Assembly: GCA_041687695.1 (NCBI GenBank)
Contig: JAWLBL010000008.1
Coordinates: 32,074-96,073, forward strand
Reading direction: 5' to 3'
Source: Myxococcota bacterium
Lineage (GTDB): Bacteria; Myxococcota_A; UBA9042; PHBI01; JAWLBL01
Length of the DNA stretch: 64,000 nt
Shown in pieces: positions 42,501 through 51,681 of the stretch (the first letter of the stretch is position 1; each line of letters opens with the position of its first letter). The position numbers and the translations under genes are program-made. A model generated the notes under the pieces. It was given only the letters and a program-made list of their open reading frames with translations, searched no databases and was not told the DNA's origin.

Positions 42501-45500
42501 AAGGCCTCGGCCGCCTGCTCGGCGTCCTTGAACACCTCCTGCTGCAGCAGGGCGATGTTGCGGCACGCCTCGACGCGCTGCTCGTCGTTGGTCGCCGCGC
42601 CGTAGCTGCGCTCGAAGACGTCGACCAGCTTCGCCCAGTCGTTGCGCTCGCCGTAGATGCCCTGCAGCGCCTCGATGGCCACCGCGTTGTTCGGGTCGAC
42701 CGCCAGGACATCCTCGTAGACGCCGATGGCCTCGTCGATCTCGCCCAGGTTGCCTTCGAGGATCTGCGCGACGCGCAGCTTCAGCTCGCTCTCGCGCTGC
42801 GGCTCGACCCGCGAGACCCGCTCGAGGACGTCGATGAGCGCGCGCCAGTCGCCGCGCTCGGTGTGCAGCCGCTCGAGCGCGCCGAGCGCCTCGCGGTTGC
42901 TCTCGTCGACCTCGCAGATGGCCTCGTACGCGCCGACGGCCCGCTCACGGTCGCCGATGTTGTGCTCGAAGACCTCGGCCGCGCTCGACAGCAGGACCAC
43001 CTTCTCCTGGTAGTCCATCGTCACGTAGCTGAGGCGCTGCAGCACGTCGACGAGCTTCTCGAACTGCTCCAGATCGATGTTCAGGTCGACCAGCGCGCGC
43101 AGCGCAGGCTCGCTGTCCTCGGCGTGCTCGAGCACGCGCTCGAAGTAGGCCGCGGCGCTCGCCGGGTCCTGCAGCTTGTCGCGCTGCACGTAGGCGGCCT
43201 TCAGCATCGCGTCGAGGGCCGCGTCCGGATCGAGGTGCTCGATGACCCGGTCGTAGATGGCCAGCATCTCGGGCCACAGGCCCGTCAGCTCGGCCAGCCG
43301 CGCCAGCTCGCTCAGGACGTGCGGCTCCTCGGGCGCCTCGTCGATGGCCGACTCGAGGACCATGAACGCCCCGTCGGCCTGGCCGAGCTTGTGCTCGTAG
43401 AGGCCGGCCAGCCGCTGGAGGTTCATCAGGCGATCTTCCATGTCGCCCAGATGCGCGTTGCGGCTCGTCAGCAGCTGCGCCAGATCCGCCCACTGCTCGA
43501 AGGCCTCGTAGATCGCCTCGAGCCGCTGGCTCGCCTCGACGTTGTCGGGGGCGTGCGTCAGGATCTCGACGTAGGTCCCGGCGGCGGCCGCCTGGTCCTG
43601 CAGGCGCTCCTCCTGGATGGACGCCATGTGCAGCCAGGTCTCGATCTGCTGCGCCGCGTCCTCGGTGTAGCCCAGCTTCACCCGGTACAGCTCGACCAGA
43701 TCCGCCCAGCGCTCCTCGGACTCGTACAGGTTCTCGAGGTTCTCGATGGCGTCGGGCGCCCCGGGGGCCAGCTCCAGCACCGCCCGCCACGCGTCGATGC
43801 CCGCGGGCCGGTCGCCCAGCGGCTCGGTCCGCAGCTCGGCCAGCTCGCGCCACAGCGCGACCTGCGCCTCGACGTCGTAGTGGCCGCTCTCGAGCCGCGC
43901 CTCGATGCACCCGGCCAGCGCCTCGTGCGCGTAGTTGTCGCGGTAGATGACGTGCAGCGCCTCGAGGGTCTCGGCGTCGAACGCGTCCTCGGCCCGCGCC
44001 TTCTCCCAGTACATCTGCGCCTGCAGCCCGTCCTCGAGCTGCTGCTGCCAGGTGCGGCCGATGCGCTTGAACAGATCCAGCCGCCGCGCGGCGTCGCCCT
44101 GGCCCATCGCCAGCTCGCGCTCGTACGCCTCGACCAGCCCGTTCCAGTCCTCCTGGCCCTCGCGCAGCCGCTGCAGCTGCTGGACGGCCTCGAAGCTCTG
44201 CGGCGTGACCGCGAGCACGTCCTCCCACAGGTTGATGGCGTCCTCGACCTTGCCGAGGCACACCTCGGCGATCTCGGCCATGTCCGCCATGTAGCCGGCG
44301 CGCTCGGCGTCGTCGCCCGTCGTCTCCGACAGCTGCTGGAGGATCTCGAACAGGGCGGGCCAGTTCTCGTCCTCGTGGTACATCGTGCGCAGCGCCTGCA
44401 GCGCCTCGCCGTGCGTGTCGTTGATGTCGAGCACGCGCTTCCAGGCGTCGATGGCGTCCTCGCGGCGCCCCAGGCGGTCGCGGTACAGCTCGGCGAGCCG
44501 CACCAGCAGCTTCATGCGCTCGTCGTCGAACTCGGCGACGTCGGCCTCGCGGGCCAGCACGCCCTCGAGATCCTCCCAGCGCTCGGCGGCGACGTAGATG
44601 CGGTCCAGCGCCTGCAGCGCCGGGAAGTTCTCGCCGTCCTGGCCCAGGATGAGCAGGTAGACGCGCTCGGCCTCGGCGATGTCACCCAGGCGATCGCGCG
44701 TGATGGCGGCCGCGCGGCCCCACAGCTCGACCCGGCGCTCGTCGTCCTGCACGGCGTCGGCGCCGTCCATCAGGATGACCTTCACCTCGTCCCAGCGGTC
44801 GGTCTCCTCGGCGAGCGTGCGCAGCTGGACCAGCAGGCCCTCGTCCTCGGGGTCGAGGCGGAAGGCGTGGCCGAACCAGGCGATGGCCTCGGGCTTGCTG
44901 CCCAGGCGCTCGAGGTTCAGCTCGGCCAGCTGCCGCATGATCTGCAGGCGGTCGAGCGGGTCCTCGAGGACCTCGAGCTTGAGCTCGAGCAGCCCGTGCA
45001 GCTCCTCCCAGGCCCCGCGGCCCGTGTAGATGGGCTCCAGGCGCTCGGCGATGTCCAGGCGGTGGACGCCCGCCACGTACAGGCGCTGCAGCTCGGCGAT
45101 CGCGTCCTCGGACTGCTCGTCGAGGTACAGGACCTCCATGTAGGCGTCGAAGGCCCCGTCGGTGTCCTCGAGGCAGGCCTCGCAGACCTGCGCGAGCTTG
45201 AAGAGGAAGCCCATCTTCTCGGCGGGCTCGGTCTGCGTCTCGATCTGCTGGCGCAGCACCTCGACCAGCGGCTCGTACTGGCCCTGGGCCTCGTACAGGG
45301 CGTGCAGCCGCGCCAGGACCTCCTGGTGATCCGGGTAGTCCTCGAAGATCTTCTTGTAGACGTCGGTCGCGCGCGCCGCGTCCTGGACGCGGTCCATCAG
45401 CAGCGCGCCGGTCTTGAGGCGCAGCCGCTGCGCGAGCAGCTCGTCGTCGGTGTCCTCGGCGCCGGCCGCGTACAGCGCGACCAGGGCCTCGATCATCTCG

Positions 45501-48500
45501 TGCTCGTCGGCCAGCCGCTCGAGCTCGGCCACCGTCGTCGGGTGCTGCCGGTCCAGCTCGAAGGCGCGCGCCTGCGCCTCGAAGGCCCGCGTCGCGTCGA
45601 ACAGGCGCTTTTCGGCCAGCTGCGCCATCTGGTGCAGCGTCTCGACCTTGCGGAACGGGTCGTCCGACTGGTGCGCCGCGATGATCTCGTACTGCTGCCA
45701 CAGCGGCTCGAAGGCGTTCATCTCGGCCAGGACCGGGCGCAGCACCTCGAAGGCGGCCTCGCGCTCGTCGCGGCTCTCGATGATGGCCTCGAGCGACGCG
45801 ATGGCGCCCTCGTGGCCGGGCACGCGGCCCAGCAGCTCGCCGTAGGCGGCGATGGCCTGGCGCGGATCGCCCAGGCGCTCGTCGTCCTCGAACAGCTTGG
45901 CGACGCGGAACTGCGCCTCGGCCCAGCCGGCCTCGTCGAGCAGCGCCTGCATCTTCTGCAGGACGTCCAGCAGGTTGAACCAGTCCTCCTGCCGCGTGTA
46001 CAGCCCGTCCAGCTCGTGCAGGGCGCCCAGCTCGGCCGGATCCCACTCGAGGATCATCCGCCAGGTCATGACGGCGTCGTCGAGGCTCTCCTGCTTGCCG
46101 GCCTGCACGTGGCCCATGAGCGACGCGTAGTACTTGCGCGTGTCGAGGTCGGCCGCCCGCTCGATCTTCTGGCGGTATACGCCGATGAGCTGCTCCCAGT
46201 CCTCGACCCGCTCGTACAGCCCCTCGAGGGCCTCGAGGGCCAGATCGCCCGTCGTGTCGAGGTTATGCAGCGTCTCGTAGATCTCGATGGCGCTCTCGGG
46301 CGCGTCGAGCACGGTCGCGCTCAGCTCGCCGGCCTCGGCGTACAGGGCCTGCTTGTCGGCCATGTCGCCGACCATCGGCGCCTTGACCAGCAGCATCTCG
46401 ACCAGCTTGTCCGAGCGCTCGAGCTGGCGGTACAGCGCGACGAGGGCCTCGATGGCCGGCATGTCGCCCGGATCGAGCTCGAGGATGGCGCGCAGGTGCG
46501 CCTCGGCGCCCTCGACGTCGTGCGTCGTGTCGCGGCACAGGCTGGCGATGGTGCGGTGCGTCTCTCGGCGCCGGTAGTCGTCGTCGATGTCGTCGACCAG
46601 CCCCTTGAGCGACAGCACCAGCTCGCCGTGGTTGCCCAGCACGTCGGCGAGGCGCAGCAGGTGCGACAGCGTCCCCTCGCTGGCCGGATCGAGCGCGGCG
46701 GCCGCCAGGTAGTGCTCGAAGGCGGCGTCGGGGCGCTCGCCCATCGCCTCGTACAGATCGGCGATCTTGTAGCGCCAGTCGACCTTCTCGAAGACGTCGT
46801 CCGAGGCGGCCTCGCGGACCGTGTAGACGTCGATGAGCTTCACCCAGTCGCCGACGCGGTCGTAGTAGGGCTGCAGGATGGGCGCGATGGCCGGGGCGTG
46901 CTCGGGCGCCTCGAACAGGCGCTCCAGGGCCTCGACCGTGCCCATGTGCTCGGGCTCGAGGGTCAGGTTCTCGGCGTAGAGCGAGATGGCCGTCGCCACG
47001 TCCTCGAGCACGGTCTCGTGCAGGCTGGCGAGGCGCGTCTGGTAGACCACGTGCCGCGGCACGTCGCCGCGGACCAGGTTGATGGCGTCCTCGAGGATCT
47101 GCGCCAGCTCGGTCCACTGCTCGGTCGCCGTGTACAGCTCGTCGAGCCGCAGCAGGGCGTCCATGTTGCCGGGGACCAGGTCCAGCGCCTCGCGCGCCGC
47201 GACCACGGCCTCGTCGTGCTTGCCAAGCCCGTCGCGCAGCAGATCGCTGGTCCGGAACAGGTACTGCAGCTTCTGCTCGACGTCCTGGCTCAGCTCGATC
47301 TTGCGGCGGTAGATGTCGAGCAGATCCTCGGAGCGGTCGAGCGCCGCGTAGATGCCCTCGAGCGCGTCGATGGCCTCCTTGTGCTCGGGCTCCTCGTCGA
47401 GGACCTTGTGGTAGAACTGCCGCGCGTGCTCGAGGTCCTGCTCGCGGCGGTGGTAGGCGCGCGCCACCTCGAGCTTGATCGCCAGGCGCGCCAGCGGGTC
47501 GCCCGCCTCCTCGGCGTGCTCGGCGTACAGCGCGATGAGGGCCGGCCAGCGCTCGAGCTGCGCGGTCAGGCGCTGGAACTCGCCGCGCACGTCGGCGCGG
47601 TGCGGCTCGTGGGCGAACCAGCGGCCGTAGGTGCGCCAGGCGAGATCCAGGTCGTCCAGCGAGCTCTTGTACAGATCGGCCAGGCGCTCGAGCAGCGAGA
47701 CCTGCTCGTAGACGTCCTCGTCGGCCGCCGCGGCCAGCAGCTGGATCTCGAAGACCTCGGCCAGGCGCGCCCACTCGGCGCGGTCGCGGTAGACCGGCTC
47801 GAGGATGCGGGTGATGCGCAGGCGCTCGTCCTCGTCGGCGAGCAGCTCTTCCAGGCGCGCGACCGACTCGAGGTGCTGCGCGTCGTGACGCAGCGCCGCC
47901 TCGTAGTGATCGACCGCGACGCGCACGCCCTCGGCGTCGGGCTGCACGCCGTAGGCCAGCATGCCCAGCTCGCACTCGAGGTCGGCCAGGACCACGGCGT
48001 GCGCGCCCTGGGCGGCCAGGATGTCGCGCTTGCGCTCGAGGACCTCGCGCAGCGGCGCCCACCGCTGCTGCTCGAGCTGGATGGCGATGAGCGCGTCGTG
48101 GACCCGCGTCTCGTCCGGGAAGTCGTCCAGCATCTCCCGGTAGATGGCCTCGGCCTCCTCGGCCTGCCCCAGCGCCTCGCGCCAGACCGCCGCCAGCTGG
48201 AACAGCGTCTCCTTGCGCTCGTCGCCGCCCTGCGCGATGCGCAGCTGCTTGTCGTAGACGACGATCAGCTGGTCCCACGCGCCCAGGTCCCGGTACAGCC
48301 CCTCGAGCGCGGCCAGCGCGGCCCGGTTGCCGTCGTCGAGCTCGACGACGCGGTTGAAGAAGGTCAGCGCCGTCTCGGCGAGGCCCACGTGGTCGCGGTA
48401 GACGTGGCCGATCTCCAGCAGGACGCCGACCTTGTGGCCCTCGTCCTCGATGAGGTCGACCGTCTCCTGCAGGACCATCACGTAGCTGTCCCAGTTGCCC

Positions 48501-50410
48501 GACGCCTCGGCGAGGCGGCGCAGCTCGGGGTGCAGCGACACGGCGTTCGGCGACTCCTGGACCGCCTGCACGTAGGCGAAGAAGGCCGAGTCGACGTCCG
48601 AGAGGTGCTGCTCCTGGACCTCGGCCAGCGCGAGCAGGAGCTGCTGGCGCTCGGCGCGGTCCTCGGTCGCCTCGAGCACGATGTCGTAGACGTTGGGCAG
48701 CTCGGCCCACGACCCGACCTCGCGGTAGATCGGCACCATCATGCGCGCGGCGCCCGCGTGGCGCGGCTCGATCTCGAGCACGGACTCGAGGTTCTTGACG
48801 GCGCGGCGCGTGTCGCCCAGCTCGTCTTGCCACACCGCCGCCGCCTTGAAGAGCAGCGTCGTCGTCTCGGCCGGATCCTCGAGGCTCTTGGCCTGCGACT
48901 CGAGCGTGCGGACCCAGTCCTGCGCCGAGGCGTAGGTCCGGAAGAACCACTCGAGGTTGTCCCAGTCGCGCTCGGCCGTGTACTTCTTCTTGAGTTCGGC
49001 CTGCGCCTTGCGGTGCTCGGCGTCGAGCTCGAGCACGCGGCGCCAGACCTCGGCGGCGCGCGCGTCGTCCTCGAGGCGCGACGAGTAGACCTGGCCCAGC
49101 TTCTCGAGCAGCGCCACCTTGTCGGGGGCGAAGTCGCTCAGCTCGGCGCGGCGGTCGAGGATGCGGGCGAGGTCCTCGAAGCTCTTCTCGCGCTCGTAGA
49201 GCGTCTCGAGCTCACCCAGGGCCTCGGCGTGGTCGGGGTCGATGGTGAGGACCCGCTCCCACAGCGCGATGGGCGTCTGCGGCTTGCGGATGCGCTCGGA
49301 GGCCAGCTTGGCCAGCTTGATGTAGGCCGCGTCGCGATCGGCGCCCTCGGGCAGCAGGCCGACCTCGCGCTCGGCGACGACGATGTAGCTGTCCCAGTCG
49401 TGCCGGCTCTCGTAGATCTCTTTGAGGACGTCGATGCCCTTGCGGTTGGTCGGATCGATCTCGAGGATGGCCTCGTAGCTCTTGATGGCCTCGCTCGAGT
49501 TGTTGAACTTGTCGAGCATGATGGTGGCGACGCGCTCGTGCAGCGCGATCACCTGCGCCGTTTCGGCCTCGTGCTCGATCTTCTGCTTGAGCACCTTGAC
49601 CAGATCCGGCCACCGCTTCATCTCGTCGTACTCGGCGGCGAGCGCGTCGAGCGCCTGCGTGTTGCCGGGCTCGAGCTCGAGGATCGCCTGCCAGGACCCG
49701 ACCACCTTCGACGCCGCGTTGAGGTGCGTCTTGAAGATGTCGATCATCTCGAGGTGCAGCGCGATGGCCTCGCTCACCTGATCCGCGCCGAGGCGGCCCA
49801 GGTTGTTCTTGAGCAGATCCACCATCGCGTGCCACTTGCCGACCTCGGCGAACAGGCGCCGCAGCGCGCCCTCGGCCTCGAGATCGTTCGGGTCCGCGGT
49901 GTACACGGCCTGCCAGAAGCCGACCGCCTTGTCCGGCTTGCCCCGCTCCTCGGCGAGGCGGGCGAGGACGCGCTTGCACTCGACCGGGTCCTCGATGCCG
50001 CCCATCTGCGGCTCGCTCAGGAACTGCTCGAGGCGCCGCCAGTTGTCCTGCTCGACGTAGAAGTCGATGTAGAACTCGCGCAGCAGCGACGGATCGCTGG
50101 GCGCGCTCTTCATCTTGCGGAACATCATCTCGGCCTTCTGGGCCGAGTCGAACGCCTTCCACAGCAGCAGGCCGTTCTGGTAGTGCAGGTAGGACGCGAC
50201 GTCGTCGTCCTTGGCCGTGCGCGCCTGCTGCGCCAGGATCTGGAACAGGCGGCTGGCCTCGCCCTCGGGCGCCCACTCGGGCAGCGAGGCGTAGAGGCTC
50301 CCCAGGGTGCCCTGGTCGTTCTCCGTGACCAGGTGTTTCACCAACGCTTCGAAAGCCTTGTGATCCGTAGGGTTGGCTTTGAAGGCTTCGAAGAGCTCGG
50401 TAGTGCTCAT
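39590..50410 (-). CDS. Giant tetratricopeptide-repeat protein (3606 aa; ~85 degenerate 38-40-aa TPR-like repeats plus a ~400-aa non-repeat C-terminal domain)
   Basis: Uninterrupted 10.8-kb ORF with diverse, protein-like composition and high GC3; recurring pattern A…W.RVLE.DP.N.EAL..L..LY……W..L; the co-located plus-strand 3597-aa ORF is the R/L/V/G-rich antisense shadow. Confidence 0.85.
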   Translation of the reverse strand: MSTTELFEAFKANPTDHKAFEALVKHLVTENDQGTLGSLYASLPEWAPEGEASRLFQILAQQARTAKDDDVASYLHYQNGLLLWKAFDSAQKAEMMFRKMKSAPSDPSLLREFYIDFYVEQDNWRRLEQFLSEPQMGGIEDPVECKRVLARLAEERGKPDKAVGFWQAVYTADPNDLEAEGALRRLFAEVGKWHAMVDLLKNNLGRLGADQVSEAIALHLEMIDIFKTHLNAASKVVGSWQAILELEPGNTQALDALAAEYDEMKRWPDLVKVLKQKIEHEAETAQVIALHERVATIMLDKFNNSSEAIKSYEAILEIDPTNRKGIDVLKEIYESRHDWDSYIVVAEREVGLLPEGADRDAAYIKLAKLASERIRKPQTPIALWERVLTIDPDHAEALGELETLYEREKSFEDLARILDRRAELSDFAPDKVALLEKLGQVYSSRLEDDARAAEVWRRVLELDAEHRKAQAELKKKYTAERDWDNLEWFFRTYASAQDWVRTLESQAKSLEDPAETTTLLFKAAAVWQDELGDTRRAVKNLESVLEIEPRHAGAARMMVPIYREVGSWAELPNVYDIVLEATEDRAERQQLLLALAEVQEQHLSDVDSAFFAYVQAVQESPNAVSLHPELRRLAEASGNWDSYVMVLQETVDLIEDEGHKVGVLLEIGHVYRDHVGLAETALTFFNRVVELDDGNRAALAALEGLYRDLGAWDQLIVVYDKQLRIAQGGDERKETLFQLAAVWREALGQAEEAEAIYREMLDDFPDETRVHDALIAIQLEQQRWAPLREVLERKRDILAAQGAHAVVLADLECELGMLAYGVQPDAEGVRVAVDHYEAALRHDAQHLESVARLEELLADEDERLRITRILEPVYRDRAEWARLAEVFEIQLLAAAADEDVYEQVSLLERLADLYKSSLDDLDLAWRTYGRWFAHEPHRADVRGEFQRLTAQLERWPALIALYAEHAEEAGDPLARLAIKLEVARAYHRREQDLEHARQFYHKVLDEEPEHKEAIDALEGIYAALDRSEDLLDIYRRKIELSQDVEQKLQYLFRTSDLLRDGLGKHDEAVVAAREALDLVPGNMDALLRLDELYTATEQWTELAQILEDAINLVRGDVPRHVVYQTRLASLHETVLEDVATAISLYAENLTLEPEHMGTVEALERLFEAPEHAPAIAPILQPYYDRVGDWVKLIDVYTVREAASDDVFEKVDWRYKIADLYEAMGERPDAAFEHYLAAAALDPASEGTLSHLLRLADVLGNHGELVLSLKGLVDDIDDDYRRRETHRTIASLCRDTTHDVEGAEAHLRAILELDPGDMPAIEALVALYRQLERSDKLVEMLLVKAPMVGDMADKQALYAEAGELSATVLDAPESAIEIYETLHNLDTTGDLALEALEGLYERVEDWEQLIGVYRQKIERAADLDTRKYYASLMGHVQAGKQESLDDAVMTWRMILEWDPAELGALHELDGLYTRQEDWFNLLDVLQKMQALLDEAGWAEAQFRVAKLFEDDERLGDPRQAIAAYGELLGRVPGHEGAIASLEAIIESRDEREAAFEVLRPVLAEMNAFEPLWQQYEIIAAHQSDDPFRKVETLHQMAQLAEKRLFDATRAFEAQARAFELDRQHPTTVAELERLADEHEMIEALVALYAAGAEDTDDELLAQRLRLKTGALLMDRVQDAARATDVYKKIFEDYPDHQEVLARLHALYEAQGQYEPLVEVLRQQIETQTEPAEKMGFLFKLAQVCEACLEDTDGAFDAYMEVLYLDEQSEDAIAELQRLYVAGVHRLDIAERLEPIYTGRGAWEELHGLLELKLEVLEDPLDRLQIMRQLAELNLERLGSKPEAIAWFGHAFRLDPEDEGLLVQLRTLAEETDRWDEVKVILMDGADAVQDDERRVELWGRAAAITRDRLGDIAEAERVYLLILGQDGENFPALQALDRIYVAAERWEDLEGVLAREADVAEFDDERMKLLVRLAELYRDRLGRREDAIDAWKRVLDINDTHGEALQALRTMYHEDENWPALFEILQQLSETTGDDAERAGYMADMAEIAEVCLGKVEDAINLWEDVLAVTPQSFEAVQQLQRLREGQEDWNGLVEAYERELAMGQGDAARRLDLFKRIGRTWQQQLEDGLQAQMYWEKARAEDAFDAETLEALHVIYRDNYAHEALAGCIEARLESGHYDVEAQVALWRELAELRTEPLGDRPAGIDAWRAVLELAPGAPDAIENLENLYESEERWADLVELYRVKLGYTEDAAQQIETWLHMASIQEERLQDQAAAAGTYVEILTHAPDNVEASQRLEAIYEAFEQWADLAQLLTSRNAHLGDMEDRLMNLQRLAGLYEHKLGQADGAFMVLESAIDEAPEEPHVLSELARLAELTGLWPEMLAIYDRVIEHLDPDAALDAMLKAAYVQRDKLQDPASAAAYFERVLEHAEDSEPALRALVDLNIDLEQFEKLVDVLQRLSYVTMDYQEKVVLLSSAAEVFEHNIGDRERAVGAYEAICEVDESNREALGALERLHTERGDWRALIDVLERVSRVEPQRESELKLRVAQILEGNLGEIDEAIGVYEDVLAVDPNNAVAIEALQGIYGERNDWAKLVDVFERSYGAATNDEQRVEACRNIALLQQEVFKDAEQAAEAFQRILYIVPDDAEAIEALERIFAETSRWDDLVDLYEKKRGVAQTAEERAQALMAMAAVYRDQIGDLDSAIGSYERALSEAPGHRPALDALRDLYREQGLWEQLIGTLDRTLAVESGHEERLALHCEQGSVRRDELNDAFGAAEHYKQALAEWPGHPQPVQALIDLYSYEERFDLVLETLEHKLQHAQDDVARADVHVELASLFRDKLHDEGRALEHLELSVQANPESEETLWPLADHYMATRNWTKAMPLLDVLVDKLDARGDRERLAQVHKRLGQCAEAVYDDDRALDEYSAAVEHASPDKETLRGLARLHFKKQNYSEALRYYQQVIDTYGSELSDEDFVLLYLNLGESALKLGRISVAQTYLSRVIQHQPNNAGAIERIVEVLEAHGDWAGAISYMQQLLALKSEPLAKFNIQLKIADIFRDNLRQPDKAVEAYQKAVGYGNFSKAPLMQLVQVHIERRNFDEAIRWINKIIEIEEDAGRKSTWAYTAAVTYRDEVGDRESAIKYLNLTLDYNIEKLEAFRAIDELLTHAKEWKPLEQNYRRMLQRVQKAGASWPKYGAVNFMLYRNLGEIYRSRLKRTDYAISAFELARKIKPDDEAIHEILAGLYESTPDQLDKAVEEHRYLIRQHPDRFDSYHKLVELYKRMKAYDKAWVMAGLLVALNRAEPDEERFYRDHQSAAVAETNRIVDATAMSQLVASQQEDPYLGQVFAILYASLYKSLPLKQLKEHGLKKKDRIDLSEGLLICSVINSVCRILGLQPPEVYRSSTRMGIEILDTQPPVLSIGPDMLQGKGEKDLAFHLARRLMYLTNTHIMAALFQREQLDIMFMAAEALIDPSYKLQLQADMPDELKMQIAQQVGETRAALDKDITPQNRTQLAQVIAEMKQSGRVPHIGLWHRQVELTAIHAALLVCDDVELAGHLLREEVAGTSKLKKADKLKDLVMYAMSDQYLSLRQYMGIQIEYSEMFE

Positions 50411-50512
50411 GTATCCCCTCGACGACCCGCGATGCGACGAACGACCCGAGACTGGTCAGCCCGGAAGGTCGCTAAGTCACTCGGAAAAGCGGCCCTTCCG
50501 GGGGCAGTCCGG

Positions 50513-50540
50513 GTCATAGCACAGCCCTGACGGGATTCCA
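50513..50540 (-). promoter_or_regulatory. Candidate sigma70-like promoter for the giant TPR gene (-35 TTGGAA, -10 TATGAC)
   Basis: Minus strand TTGGAAtcccgtcagggctgtgcTATGAC about 100 nt upstream of the ATG; weak consensus. Confidence 0.25.
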
Positions 50541-50549
50541 ACCGCACCC

Positions 50550-50582
50550 CCGGTTACGACGGCTTGCAAAGGTCGTAACCGG
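50550..50582. other. Perfect 11-bp inverted repeat CCGGTTACGAC-n11-GTCGTAACCGG, hairpin or dimeric operator
   Basis: Read directly; lies ~30 nt 3' of the upstream minus-strand gene stop and ~140 nt 5' of the TPR gene ATG; no U-tract follows on the minus strand. Confidence 0.5.
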
Positions 50583-50613
50583 AAGGATACGCGGCGCGCC
50601 CCGTCGGCCCGGA

Positions 50614-51681
50614 TCAGGGTAGGCCCAGCAGATCCCGCACCGCGTCGTGGAACCAGGGCCGGAAGGCCTTGATCCCGACCTCGCTCCCCGGGCCGCGATC
50701 GACGCGGTTGGTCAGCAGGACCACGACCAGCCGGTGGCGGCGGTCGATCCAGACGCTGGTCCCCGTGAAGCCCAGGTGGCCGATCGCGTCCAGCGGCACG
50801 CGGGTGCCGGCCGAGCTGGCGCCGGGCGAGGGCAGCGTCCAGCCGAGGACCCACGGCGCGTCGTGCGGGCGCGCGGCGGGATCCCAGAAGGCGCGCAAGG
50901 TGGCGCCGAGCGGGTCGCCGGGCGTCTCGGTGCGGCGCTCGAGATCGAGCGCCCAGGCGCCCACGGCCTCGGCCGTCGCGAACAGGCCGGCGTGCCCGGC
51001 GACGCCGCCCAGCGCCCAGGCGTTGAGATCGTTGACCTCGCCGAACAGCCGCCGGCCGCGCCGTGGACACACGCCGGTCGGCGCGTAGCGGGCCGGATCC
51101 GCGGGCGGCGCGACCCCGCCGAAGTGACCGCGAAAGCCCACGCGATCGCGAACCAGCGCGGGCAGCGGGCGGCCCAGGGCGCGCTCGAGGTGCCAGCCGA
51201 GCAGGATGTAACCGAGATCGCTGTAGACGACGCCGCGGGACGGGTCGGCCTGCCGGGCAAGGGCCGAGACGCGGGCCTCGATGACGGACCGCGTCTCGGG
51301 GGCGCCGGGCGTCCAGGCGCCGAACGTGGCGTCGAGGTGGGCGGGCAGGTCGTCGAGGGCGGGCAGGCCGGAGGTGTGGCCCAGCAGCGCGCGCACCGTC
51401 AGGCCGGCCCCGGACGGGTGGGCGCAGGGGGCGTCCAGGTCGAGCGCGCCCTCGCTGGCGAGCTGGGCGACGAGCGTGCCGACGGCGACGGGCTTGGTCA
51501 GCGACGCCAGATCGAACCAGGTCTCCGGGTGGGCGGCCCCGGCGGCGGCCACGGCGCGCGGGGTCCCAGCCTGGGCCACGAAGGCCGAGGCGGCGGGGAA
51601 GGCGCCGTCGGCCACGCCCCGGGCGAGCAGGGCGGCCAGCTCGCGGGACAGGGGCGCGTCGTGCGCGGGCGGCGTCGTCAC
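50614..51681 (-). CDS. Serine hydrolase of the beta-lactamase / penicillin-binding-protein family
   Basis: GTG start overlapping upstream stop (GTGA); SxxK active-site motif FDLASLTKPV; 355 aa. Confidence 0.8.
   Translation of the reverse strand: MTTPPAHDAPLSRELAALLARGVADGAFPAASAFVAQAGTPRAVAAAGAAHPETWFDLASLTKPVAVGTLVAQLASEGALDLDAPCAHPSGAGLTVRALLGHTSGLPALDDLPAHLDATFGAWTPGAPETRSVIEARVSALARQADPSRGVVYSDLGYILLGWHLERALGRPLPALVRDRVGFRGHFGGVAPPADPARYAPTGVCPRRGRRLFGEVNDLNAWALGGVAGHAGLFATAEAVGAWALDLERRTETPGDPLGATLRAFWDPAARPHDAPWVLGWTLPSPGASSAGTRVPLDAIGHLGFTGTSVWIDRRHRLVVVLLTNRVDRGPGSEVGIKAFRPWFHDAVRDLLGLP

Noticed and set aside
39737-50530. 3597-aa plus-strand ORF
   Set aside because: Exact antisense of the 3606-aa minus-strand TPR gene. 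Its composition is dominated by R/L/V/G/D/H, typical of GC-shadow ORFs, whereas the minus-strand product has a protein-like, periodic TPR composition
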